Part shown: one piece after another, positions 24,935 through 36,200 of the stretch
Layout of the letters: each line of letters begins with the position of its first letter
Numbering within the stretch: position 1 is the stretch's first letter
Assembly (NCBI RefSeq): GCF_000143415.4
Contig: NW_003314270.1
Location: 186,001 to 250,000, forward strand
Direction: 5' to 3'
DNA from: Selaginella moellendorffii
Taxonomy: Eukaryota; Plantae; Lycopodiophyta
Length of the DNA stretch: 64,000 nt
Made by a program: the position numbers and the translations under genes
Notes under the pieces: model-generated
Told to the model about the DNA's origin: nothing
The model's input: only the letters and a program-made list of their open reading frames with translations
The model's database searches: none

Positions 24935-26441
24935 CGGACGAAGAATCACAGCCGAAGACTGGGCTGCCTCAAGCTTCGGTCAAGAAGCTGCTAGTACCTT
25001 GTATGAAATTTGCTATGTTATTCTAAATTTGTTTTTCGTTCATGATCCCTCAAATGTTAATTTGATGTTGTTGTTGTTGTTGGTATTATTCCTCTGCTTG
25101 CTTTGGCCATGAACCCCATCTTCATGATCATTATCATCCATCCCATGCATTAGAGAACTAGAAAATGGTTCTACCACTGATGAATCATGCTCAGCAACAC
25201 CATTATCCAAAGACAAAAGCTCCCTTCCGCACAAAGCTGAAAAAGGCAATGCTTTGGCAAATGCAACAAGAAACACCACCAAAGCAGACTTCACTAGAGC
25301 TTAATAATGCCTGCTGATTGCTTATGGTTGAGAATACTCATTGATTACACCCCTGTGTTAAGTAGGGCAAAATGTCAGGATGGCCGGTCTAAGTTGGTAG
25401 ACTCAACCTCACGAGGGTGTGTGTTCCAATTCCACTTTGACAGTTAGTTACATTCATCCAGCACACAGTTTTATAGAGTTGTAAAGTTGACAGTAGCAAG
25501 GTGGTAGAAGAATACTGTTCAATTTGGTGTACTGCATTTGCAACTTCATGCAATACATTGAACTGCCCCGTCAAAGGCTAGTTATAGCCTTATGGTTATC
25601 TCTTTGCCTCATACTTCAAGCAACACTGGTCGTCTTTGGTGGCCGGTTTGGGTGCCAACCTCCGAATGGCTTCAACTTAAAGTAGAGAACTAAAGGTTTT
25701 TCCGCATATGTTCAGGCAGGCACAACGAACAGCCTTAGCCGTTAAAGCCTGGGAAGCAATGCCCGGTAATTCTTTGCTTCGTTGGAAGTAGTACTCTTGC
25801 ATTGGGGTAAGGGACGAACCGAATATTTTCAATTAATAGTGGTGCAAAATCTAGTGACTGAGGTCGAGAGATCAAGGAGAGGTTTGCAATGCAAGGTGGC
25901 TGGCTGTCTCATGAAATCCTGGGTCGGAGTTAATCTTGGGAGGTGCTGCACTCGCTAGCACTTAATCTCGCGAGCTCTTCTCTTTTGCTCGGTTGCTGGG
26001 AGGCGAGTTCCTGCTGCAAAGCGAGCGCTTCTCTCCCGGCGAGTGCTCCTATTCCTGCAAGCTTCCTGTTGCTTGAACGGAACTGACTTGGATGTATTGC
26101 ATAGTGGCCCCATGATCGTGGGCTTATCCATTTGTTGGGTTTCTCATCTGCTATTGCTTTATTCAAGCCATGAAATTTGTTGTGGAGGTGCTGTACAGAC
26201 CACAACAGAACTATTTTACATTATCAAGTCAGAAACGTGTCCAAGTGACAAATCTTCAGTCTCCTTTTTCAGGCGGATAACCACGAGTTTAGATTTTAAC
26301 TGCTTTCTTTGTGAAAAAGCTTGCCTTTTGACGAAGAAGCTTACGAGTAAGAATTTGCCACTCCCTAGTGGGCTAGTCAATACACCGCATGCTACATTGC
26401 AGCTATAAATGGATAGTGCTGGGAGAGATGGGTCAGAAAGG

Positions 26442-26752
26442 ATGAGGAGGAGATTTCATAAGGCTTTTATCATGGAGATGGTGATACTACTACAATTGGA
26501 ACGTCACTTGGCAGGTGCTACTCGTGTTCTCTTTGATAGTTCTTCATCAACCACTGCACCATTCACACTCAGCGAGCGTCGAAATGTGTGGAGAGTGCGA
26601 AAACTGCTGGACTCCCCATCAAATGTGGACTGGCAGAGTCGTGGTAATTTTTCATGTGAAAGTCTTTTAGTTTTCTATTGCTCAATTTTCTAGCAGTCGA
26701 TCGAAATTTTCGACCGAAGAGTCGCCAGCCACCCTCCTGTTGCAAGCCATAA
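26442..26752 (+). CDS. Small secreted peptide precursor, copy 3 (86 aa; exons 26442-26643, 26694-26752)
   Basis: MRRRFHKAFIMEMVILLQL...RKLL; phase-1 intron; C-terminus AVDRNFRPKSRQPPSCCKP-stop. Confidence 0.8.
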
Positions 26753-27773
26753 AGGAAAGAATCAAAGACTCAACTCATGAATAATTTGCTGATTGCGGCA
26801 TTTGGTTATTTAATTTTTAAAAATATTTTCGAAATGATATTAAAACTTGATCTATGTTAGATTGTTATTGTAACATTCGCACAGAGACTGGAGACATTGC
26901 AATTACATCTACTACGTTTCAGCAAGCTTACAAACCAAGAAATATACCGGGGCAAATTCGCTATTTTAGAATGGCGCTGGTGATGAGTGGCTGGATCTTC
27001 CATCGCTAGCAGCTGGGATCAGTAGCAGAGGGAGTTTTCTTGATCGATTTTGTATCCCTTATTGTGTAAAGGATGAGAGAAACAGAATCTTTTCATATTC
27101 CTGTAGAGTCTTTTCTTGCATAAGATAGCTGTTAAATTTAATCCGTCCATTCAAAATCTAACGGTTCGGGTGGGCCCAAACAAGTGAGCACTGAAGATTG
27201 TGGAATGACTCTGACGGATAAATGTGAGAAATCCCAGATCAAGAGGAAAACAACAATTGCCTATGGCCGGGTAAGTCCTTTGACCGGCCCAATCCAATCT
27301 CCACTTTCCAAGAACAACAGCACCTCTATAAGGCATTGCAATCATCCGATGATCACCAGGGCCCAATGGGCAGGATTTGCACAGCACTTTTTAGAAGGAG
27401 CTTGTAGGCTTGGAAGGGACTAGCAACAAAAGAAGTGATCTTTTGCATTCTTTCCACACAGGAATGCTACTTGAGCTCCACTGCCTGATTGACGTGCTTG
27501 AGATGCTGACCATGAAGCAGAGATTAGACGAGCTTCCTACCTGCTTGCAAGACTCAGGATGAGCTTCCTGTAGATCTTCTCATCACTTCAAATATAATAT
27601 CACTATTTGGAGAGGGCTACAAAACCTGCAAAAGCTATATCAACCAAAGAATATGTTAAATATATACTTGGAGTGTTTAAATTATAAATATGTTTATAAT
27701 TTATAAACAGCTAGATTATACTTTGGTTTGCAATTAGAATTAGGGCACAAGGTTACTTACATTCCCGCGCAGG

Positions 27774-28823
27774 ATGCCGCAAAGAGGAGCGATCTCCAGC
27801 GGCAAATTCGTGGCAGAGCTGGAGCTCGTCTTCTTCAGGCTGTCGGCGATCGATCTGTGCCAGGCCAGGTGCGTGTGCCGCGAATGGCGACGAGCAATCG
27901 ACGATCCCAGCTTCCGCCAAGGCTACGCGCGCTCCCACCGCTGCATCCCTCACCTCTGCCTCCTCCTCGACTCTGGATCCCTCCTTGTCAAGCCGGTGGA
28001 GCCGAATTCCCCGCGCTGCGAGTGGCGCCACTTCCAGACGCTCCCCACGGACATGACCATCGCCAGCACCGACGCGGGCTTGCTGTGCCTGGCCACCTTT
28101 GCGAAGTGGTGGGTGCCATCCTCCATCTTCGTGTGGCGCTACAGCGATCTCAACTCCTCCCCGGCGAGAGTTCCTTTGCCGCCAGTGAACAACCATGACA
28201 CGGACTTGACGGTGTACCGCCGCGAGAGGGATCGATCCACGCGAGAGTTTTGCGTCGCAAGCTTCGACCGGCCATCGCTCGCCTTCTACATCTACGACTC
28301 GGCGTCGGGCGAGTGGTCCTTGCGTGAGAACGAAGACTACCCAGACTCAGGGGCCATGCTCGACGAGAATGGGTTCTATCCGATCCTGGATCACGGCGAG
28401 GTGGTGGTGCTCTGCACAGATACCTGGAGCCTCGCGAGATACAACGTGTGGCATGATTCCTGGCGCATTTTCAAGCTTGATAGCTGCGAGTTGGAGTTCG
28501 GAGAGACGTGGTCCTTGCTTCAGCTGGATCGGGATCGGCTGTTCGTGGTTAGTGACGAAGGACAGGCGGAAGATCGCGAGGGGCTGATTGTCGCTGAGAG
28601 GCGGGGAGACAAGTGGGAGATTGTTTCGAGGCGAGACGAAGAGTTTGATGATTTGCTGGTGAGAGCGAGAGAGGTGTGCACTGATGGGAGCAACAGTATA
28701 TGGCTGGTTGACCGGGTTAACTCGCGGATTGTGCACTTTGGAGTCGATTCCAGGAGCTGGTCATTGGAGGAGGCGCCCGACGGTGTGACAGGATTCAAGG
28801 AGCTTGCTTGGTTCTCTTGTTAG
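27774..28823 (+). CDS. F-box protein (single exon, beta-rich C-terminal domain)
   Basis: N-terminal F-box ELELVFFRLSAIDLCQARCVCREWRRAIDDPSF; IASTDAGLLCL and YIYDSASGEW motifs typical of plant F-box/kelch-like proteins. Confidence 0.88.
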   Translation: MPQRGAISSGKFVAELELVFFRLSAIDLCQARCVCREWRRAIDDPSFRQGYARSHRCIPHLCLLLDSGSLLVKPVEPNSPRCEWRHFQTLPTDMTIASTDAGLLCLATFAKWWVPSSIFVWRYSDLNSSPARVPLPPVNNHDTDLTVYRRERDRSTREFCVASFDRPSLAFYIYDSASGEWSLRENEDYPDSGAMLDENGFYPILDHGEVVVLCTDTWSLARYNVWHDSWRIFKLDSCELEFGETWSLLQLDRDRLFVVSDEGQAEDREGLIVAERRGDKWEIVSRRDEEFDDLLVRAREVCTDGSNSIWLVDRVNSRIVHFGVDSRSWSLEEAPDGVTGFKELAWFSC

Positions 28824-30140
28824 TGCTGAAAACTGGGAGCTCTTCTCGAAGAAGATCCAGGAGCTGTGAGCTACTGCTGTGATGATCGGCATCGGGTGGT
28901 AAATCGCTGCTTTGGGAAAAACAAGATTGAGCATGTTTGTGACACTGACGAAAAGTGTGCAAAGTTCGCGAGAGGAAGAAAAGTGGTGCCGAATTTCCGG
29001 GTGTGATAAACGCGCCTCCTTCCACAGAAGCAAGAAAAGGTTTGTCTTCCGATGAGTTTCATGATTGTGCCAAGGCAGGAGAGATTTTGGTCTACCGGCT
29101 GGAGGTCTTGGGAGCTCAAATGGTAATAATGGGTACTTCTCTCTTTGTGAAGTAGCCTGCGCTCGCGGATTTATTAGTTTCGGTCGATCGATCTCAAGCC
29201 GTGCACTGTGCAATGCGCTCGAATTGCTTAGTTAATCTTGAAACAATTTCTACGTTTGAGCTGGAGTGGGGACGTGGCAGTGATTTTTGAAGCTGTGTCG
29301 CGGTTAGTACTACTTGAACTATATGAATGAATATGAAACAGAAGAAAGTTGTGACTTTGCAGCCGAACTGGTTTCGAAGCTTGTGGTTATGAGACTGCGG
29401 AGAGTAGCAAGTTGGAAATGTTTTATCACCATATAAGTGTTACAAAATATCTTCATTCTTGCTGATTGTGTGACCATTTCTCATGAAGCTGCAACATGAT
29501 TGGTGGTGATAAATTTGCCAAAAGGAACACCCCTGGGAAGTCGAGTGTCGGTGTATACGTTGGAAACACAATGTCTACATACATTGTTGTTTCCTCCTCT
29601 TCTATATATTTATTCAAGTTATGTAAGGTTTTGTATATGATGATAAAACATTTCTCGTTTGCTATGTTTCTTGTTCTGTAACACAACACCAGAAGAAGAA
29701 CTGTGGTCAAAGACGGTCCAATACTTCCAGTCATAGCGCATAACCATGCAACAACGAGGCCAAGGCATAGCTTACAGTGTCCCTGCTTATTAAGCCCGCT
29801 TTCAAGCTTTCATCGTACCTGCGATGGACACGTGTAAGCACGGAATGCTTGGCAACCATCCGTATGAACTGATACTTGTTCATCCTCACGATGGATGAAT
29901 CAACGCCTGATGGTTGATTATTATTCTGGCTGGGTTCTCTCACCAAAGTTGGCAATGGCGGTAGTAACCGAGATTGCATCGGAGCCATTTAGCTTGGTAA
30001 ACGCCACTCCACTCTACCCTGTCAGGTGACAGTTCCGAGCCTCACGCTCAACTTTTCTGTCAAGGCCTCTAGCTCATTCTCGTCACATCATTTGGAATCC
30101 CGAATGCGTTTCTAAAGAGCACCTTTAAGTCTATCAAAGG

Positions 30141-30290
30141 ATGTGGCAAAGAGGAGCGTGGCAGCTCATCTTCTTCAGGATGTCAGCAATCAATCTGTGC
30201 CAGGCTTGCATGTGCCGCAAATGGCGAGAGCAATTAACGATCCCAGCTTCTGCCAAGGCTATGCGCTGCATCCCTCACCTCTCACCTCTC
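30141..30290 (+). pseudogene. Truncated F-box paralog of 27774-28823
   Basis: QLIFFRMSAINLCQACMCRKWR...CIPHL matches the 5' end of the F-box gene, with deletions and a frameshift. Confidence 0.75.
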
Positions 30291-30989
30291 CAATCAAACG
30301 TTAAAATTGGTTTAAGACCAACGGCTTAGATTGGTTCAGAGGTTTGCAAACCAAACAATATCAGTAGAGGTGGCATTGTGCGCGCCATTCTTCTTGCAGC
30401 TGCCAACACTGTCGCGGCTCCTGCCTTAATCTGCAACCTCGGGATTTGCTTCATGAGCTCTACGACGCAAGGATGAGCCTGATTTTCGCGTGCCCGGCAC
30501 TTACAAGGAAACCACCTAGTACTTACTTGAGAAATCCGGGCACTGGAAGATTCATTTGGAACATTGTATTAAAGTTTTGAGGCTTGCTGAAAAAACTTAT
30601 TCTTGCTTTGGTTGGTAAAAGATTAGTATTCTATATACAGCTGTAACTATCATGTGATTGAGGAAACATATACAATCTTACACCCATCTTTGTTTTTCCC
30701 TTGGAAGATATATTAACAACTAGAATATTTTAGATTATACTAGTTGAAAGTTGAGTATTCAAAACTTTCTAAAGGACTTCTACTTAGTTTAAAGGGTATA
30801 ACTGAATAAAGGCCGAAGGAGTTATTCATTTTTCTTTTCCACCTCCACCTCGGGCCACCAATGCATCTCATGGGAACTCACCTTGCTCTTGAATCCAATT
30901 GAATCTCATGAATAAACAATGAAAGGACACGCAAGTAAGTTTAAGGAAACCCGCTAGTTCATTCTGAATGTTTTTTTTCCTTGCGATCT

Positions 30990-31440
30990 CTTTTGCAGGC
31001 ACCCCCAAGAGCTGCACTTCTTCATGTCCACCTTGCTCACAGCCTTGTGAGACTGCTTTCACAGCAGATGCTTCCTGGAACTGCGAGCATTTCAGCTGTG
31101 CCTCGAGATCTGCCCCTGCTGTGACAACCCCTGCACGAAGCGCCTCGCTTGTGGCCATTCTGTGTGGAGAGCCTTGCCCAAGTGTCTGCCGCCAGAAATC
31201 ACACACATGACTCTGCGGAGAGTGAGAGCTCTGACAGATTCATTGAGCTTACCGACTGCAGCCACATCTTCGAGGTGGCTATGCTTGACCAGTGGATGGA
31301 TATGGTCACAGTGCGGCAATCGCTCTCAAAACTTCCAATTCCATATCTGATTTTGCTAACACTTGGAAGTCCACAAGCTGTATAATTGGACAGCGTTCGT
31401 CCAGACGGAAGTCCATGCACAAGATTAGGCATGCAAATGC
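30990..31440 (+). pseudogene. Second ZNFX1-like zinc-finger fragment (inverted paralog of ~11270-11830)
   Basis: CPPCSQPCE, WNCEHFSC, LCGEPCPSVCR, ESESSDRFIELTDCSHIFEVAMLDQWMDM; broken frames. Confidence 0.75.
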
Positions 31441-31899
31441 TAAGCAGGAAACAATACAAGAAAGCACGCCGCAGAAGCCATCGAACACGCTGGGAGAAAA
31501 AAAGCTGAATCTAGACTTGCTGGTCACAAATCAAGGCCATGAGTACGTCCCTTTGTTAAGTGATCAATTGCGGGATGAGGAAGTTAAAGCACGCAGTCAC
31601 TCATGCCCCTTATAGCCGACGAAGTCTGAAGCTTGCCAGCGCCACGGCTCAAGCACGCCCAGGCTATACTCCGCTCGACGTCGACTCCAACAGCTTAACT
31701 CGAGCTCCATCGCACCTCCAAGCAAATCTCTCCCGATCCAGGCGCGCATCAATTGGGGATCCGCGCTAAGGATGTGAGATTGCTCTCAGGCGCGACAGGA
31801 ACAACGCCAGCGCTCGAAGCTTGGAAGCATCGCCAGGTAGTGGTAGCCGTGGAGCGTGCCCACGGAAAGGTTCCCATCTCTATGTGAGGAATTTGCGCG

Positions 31900-32150
31900 G
31901 TGCCCCGCATTGTAAACTCTTCATCTTGTTGGTAGAAATTCTTGATATTGTACAAAAATTTGAAGCGTGGTAAAATAAATTATAGGTCTTCATCTGAAAA
32001 CTTAGGACTTTGATGATACCAAACTCGTTTTGAAGCTTGTTGATTGTGAGAGGTGTAGTGCCTGAGGAAGAAGTATCAAAGAGAAGCATTAAGTTGCAAA
32101 TGTTGGATCACCATCGCCATGGTGGAAGTGTTGCAGAATCTCCTCAAATG
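31900..32150 (-). pseudogene. Small secreted peptide precursor, inverted degraded copy 5
   Basis: The minus strand reads ...RRFCNTSTMAMVIQHLQL / LLFDTSSSGTTPLTINKLQNE. The start codon is lost, it is frameshifted, and no CC motif is recognisable. Confidence 0.6.
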
Positions 32151-32655
32151 AGAACATGATTGTGTGGTTTTCACGTGCTGCAACACACAATATGTTTGAC
32201 TAGCCCACTAGGCATTGGCAGCCACTTGCAAGGTTGTGAGGACTAGTATTCTTGTCTTTGCATTTGACTCATACTTTTCGGGTACCACGGACTGAGTCTG
32301 CTTGTAAGATTTGTCCCAAGTTCATCTTTCAGATAACTTAGAGTAGGGAACAAGCCTAACTCAAGTGAGCTGGGACTAAACTTTCCAAGCCAGAAAAAAA
32401 TGAAGAAACTTGGAACTTACGGGTTCGAAATCTTGACAAATCTTTAGTCCTCGTTCTCGGGCGGAATCTGGAAACATGAGGAGTCAAATGCAAAAACTCA
32501 TGATAACTAGAAGTTTAGATTTTAACTGCTTTGTTGTTTTAACGAAGAAGATTGTAAGCATTTGCCACTGCCTAGTGGGCTAGTCAATCAATACACCGCG
32601 TGTTGCATTGCATCTCCTGATAAATTGCAGAGATGGGTCTACAAAACCAGCAAAA

Positions 32656-32927
32656 ATGAGGAGATATTTCAACACTATCATCATAGCGATGTTCATACTA
32701 CTCCATTTGGAACTTCACTTCTCAGGTGCTACTCGCCTTCTCTTTGATAGTTCTTCATCAGCACTCACAATCGACGAGCTTCGGAATGAGCGGAGAACAC
32801 TTGAGTTTGAGCAAACTCCTAGTAAATTTTTGTATGAAAATCGTTAGTTTTCTCTTTACCACTTCTAGCAGAATATCGAGAAATGCGACCGCGGAATCCT
32901 GGACCACCCCCCTGTTGCAACCCATAA
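32656..32927 (+). CDS. Small secreted peptide precursor, copy 4 (74 aa; exons 32656-32821, 32869-32927)
   Basis: MRRYFNTIIIAMFILLHLELHFSGATRLL...RRTL; phase-1 intron; C-terminus TEYREMRPRNPGPPPCCNP-stop. Confidence 0.8.
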
Positions 32928-33260
32928 TTTTAAATAATTTGAGCTGAGTTTGTTCTGTTTTTCGTCGCGACCCGATAGCTGGCGAGCACATAATTATTGT
33001 CCCGCTCGAGCGCTCCACCTCCATCAATGTGGGCTTGGCGGTGATTTTGATACTACCAACTTACCCACTTTAACTTTAGAAATCTGCTACAGCAAGTTTT
33101 TAGTAAGTTGTCTGAAATTACCATCGCTGCAGATTTCTACGAACAAGGAAACGTCAAGAACTGGCCAAAGATTAAAGAAAGAAGCTTATTTGCAATGTGT
33201 ATAGAACAATGAAGGAGAGCTCCTGTACAGCTTTAGTCCCGGAATGAAAAAAGTACTTAT

Positions 33261-36200
33261 CTACAACACTACCATACACGCCAGGCTCGACGGTGGCTGG
33301 CCATCATCCCTGTGCACCACGAAAGTCCGGGCCTCATTCGCCACTCTCCAAAGCCTGCACGTCAAAAACGCTGCACCGCCCGGCGATGGACTCCTCAGGA
33401 GCGCTGGCTCCACGTAAACCGCCTGCGTTGTGTGTTTACTAAGTACACAAAACACCACCTCCACCTCAGGCTCGTAGAAGTCGGCCACCGTGACGCATCC
33501 CACCGAGACATATCCGGGTGGAGCTCGGGGCATCCAGATTGTGAGAGGGGATGGGCCTTGCTCTCGCCAGACCTGTGAAGTTCGAGAAGTTTAGTCCTGT
33601 GTAGGATAGTTTCTTTTACCTGATCAAAGCCTTGAGGATGGAGGAAGATCTGGTCGGAAAGAGGATACACGAGCACACTCTCAGGCTGGTCATGAGCAGC
33701 GTGAGCGACGTCTCCAACGGTGGCATATCTACAAACCAGAGGAGTCTTAGACAATAAGAAAGAAAGAAAAGAAAAGAAAAAGAGTGTCATGACTATCACT
33801 CACCCGGACGGACAGGCCGGTCGCCAAATGGATATGGGGTTGGTTTCACCATCGGGATCACCCTGTTAGAGAGAAACTTGTGAGCACGAAAAGAAACCGG
33901 CCAAGATCCACGTACCTGGTTCGACCATATGAGATCAAAATCACTGATGAACCTTCCGGCTCTTGGAGAACCAGTGGACGAGCCTTCGTCGATGCTCAAA
34001 ACTTTGTCCGTGGCAGCATCCGACTCTTTTGCTAGAAGTGAGCTCCGGTGCGCGGAGCCAAGCAATGCACCAAACGTAGCCAGCATTGGTATGGAAACCG
34101 GAGCTGCAGGCCCAGCTAAAAGTCCAAGTGCAGGAGCCGCGCTTGAACTAGATCCTGCGTATGGTCTACTTCCTGGCTTTAGCTTCATACTCTGAAAATC
34201 TACTATAAGAAAAACAAGGAAGAGAAGTAGAACACACTAACCTCTGAACGAATAGCGGCGCGTTCAGGTCCGAATGTTTCATACGCTCTTTGAATTGATG
34301 CCATTATCTCCGCGGGCTGATTGGTACCAGGATGACACTTCACGACACGCATAGTTTCTCTCGTGTCGAATATGGAGGTCTCCTGGCCGGATGTCCGAAG
34401 GTGCAAGATCAACCGCGATGGTTTAGGCTCATGCGGCTCCTTGGTTTCCTGCTTGCCGATAGCTAGCTCCATTGTCATGAGTTCTCCCCATGTCACGTCC
34501 CAGACAATAGTGCACGGGTTTTTTAACAAGTCGGGCTTCTTCTGCACCAGAATGCCAGTCGGATGCTGCAAAACAAGAAGTGAGGAGTTGACGAAGAGAA
34601 AAAAAGAAAGAGCAACTCGTTCCGTTACCTGCAACAAGATCACTCGCCGATGGGTGATAATCAGTGTACGAGCTTTAGGAAGATTAAAGTGGTCCTCGTA
34701 TGCATCTGATGCCGCAAATTTCCCACGAATTTTAAAGATGTCTACGGGTCCAAAAAGAGTTCCTCGTTGGGCCAGTTGCAATAGCACCTAAGGAAGCAAA
34801 CGTTTCGTATATAAAGTTTGCAAAGAACCTCAAGAATACCTGTCCTTGAGCTTTGTACTCATCGTATGGGCGGAGAATGTTGTCACCGCCAATAACTCTG
34901 GGCAAACGACGACGCCGGAGCTGTTCCTCGGACGTGAGAACAGCTGCCAGCTTCATTCTCGTAGCATTGGCTCCTTCAGTAGTTTTCGACAGCAGGTCAA
35001 GCACGCCACTCATCGGCTGCACTGCTGCACCGATAACTCCCTTCCCAACACCTTGAAGAAATCCCTCCACTCCCGCCGAACGAGCACCTTCCAGTGGCTT
35101 TGTTAATATCCCGGTCACCCCCCTGAAAAATCCTTTGGCAAGGGCCTCGCCACCTTCACGAATACCATCACCTATGTCTTCTACTGCCGCCTTTGTCTCC
35201 TGAACAATCAAGTGGAAGTTGTAAGTTGTGAAGAGTGAGAAACTTTGGATACGTACATGCTTTTGACGGCTCCGGATAAACTTTTTATCCATCGAGAGTG
35301 CAGCAACGCCTTTGCTCATGTGTCCCAACGCGCTGCTCGCATTTCCCAAAAGATCCACACCAGATAATAGCTTGAGAGGTTGACTGAGCATATCGTTACG
35401 AACACTTGCGATTGCAGCTGCAACCAGCGCACTTTGACTCATGCATATGTTTTCGTGGACATGAGGCGTAATGCGAACCTAGAAGCCATGAATTAGCTCT
35501 TTCCTGCTGAAGAATAAAAACAGCGTACCGGCATATCATCGGTGTTGCCAAGGGAAGTAAGAAGCGTGGACCAGAATCCAAGAACTCCGCGAGGCCGCTG
35601 TGTTGGAGACATTGCTAAGGTCACCTTGAAGCGTATCTCCGACGTATTCAGCAGTCTGTAAGTGCAAAATATAATAAGGAACACAGGCTTGAGAAAAAAA
35701 GCTGACACTATCTTACCCAATGCTAATAATCGGATCCAGAGCTACAGCAGTCGTCTGGCTGCTTCTTAACTGTCCCAAGTTTAGTCGGGTGAACATTTCA
35801 TGAAGCCGCCAGATGATTGGTTCGTGAATATTCACCAAAAATGAAACGTTTGGAACGTTCGGACCCTGAAATTCTCAGTATAAGCAACCAAAAAAGCATG
35901 CAACACGAGTAATACCTGGATGCCGATGTATGGGTAAACCTGCTGATCCGACAAACTGTTCTCCTTCAGAGTCACTGTAAACTTCAACAAGAACTCGCAA
36001 TTCTTTGCAGTGTCCTGAGGCGAGAAAAGCACAGGCATGGGAGTCAATGGCAGCTGATTATCAACTTGGAGGCCGTCCACTTTTACTTTAAACCTGTAAG
36101 CAGACCATTAGAAGAGATCCAACTTAACGAACACAAAGTTACCTGCTGATTTGCGATCCAAGTCCTGTAGAATATGAAACAAAGAAGTTTATCACGGACA

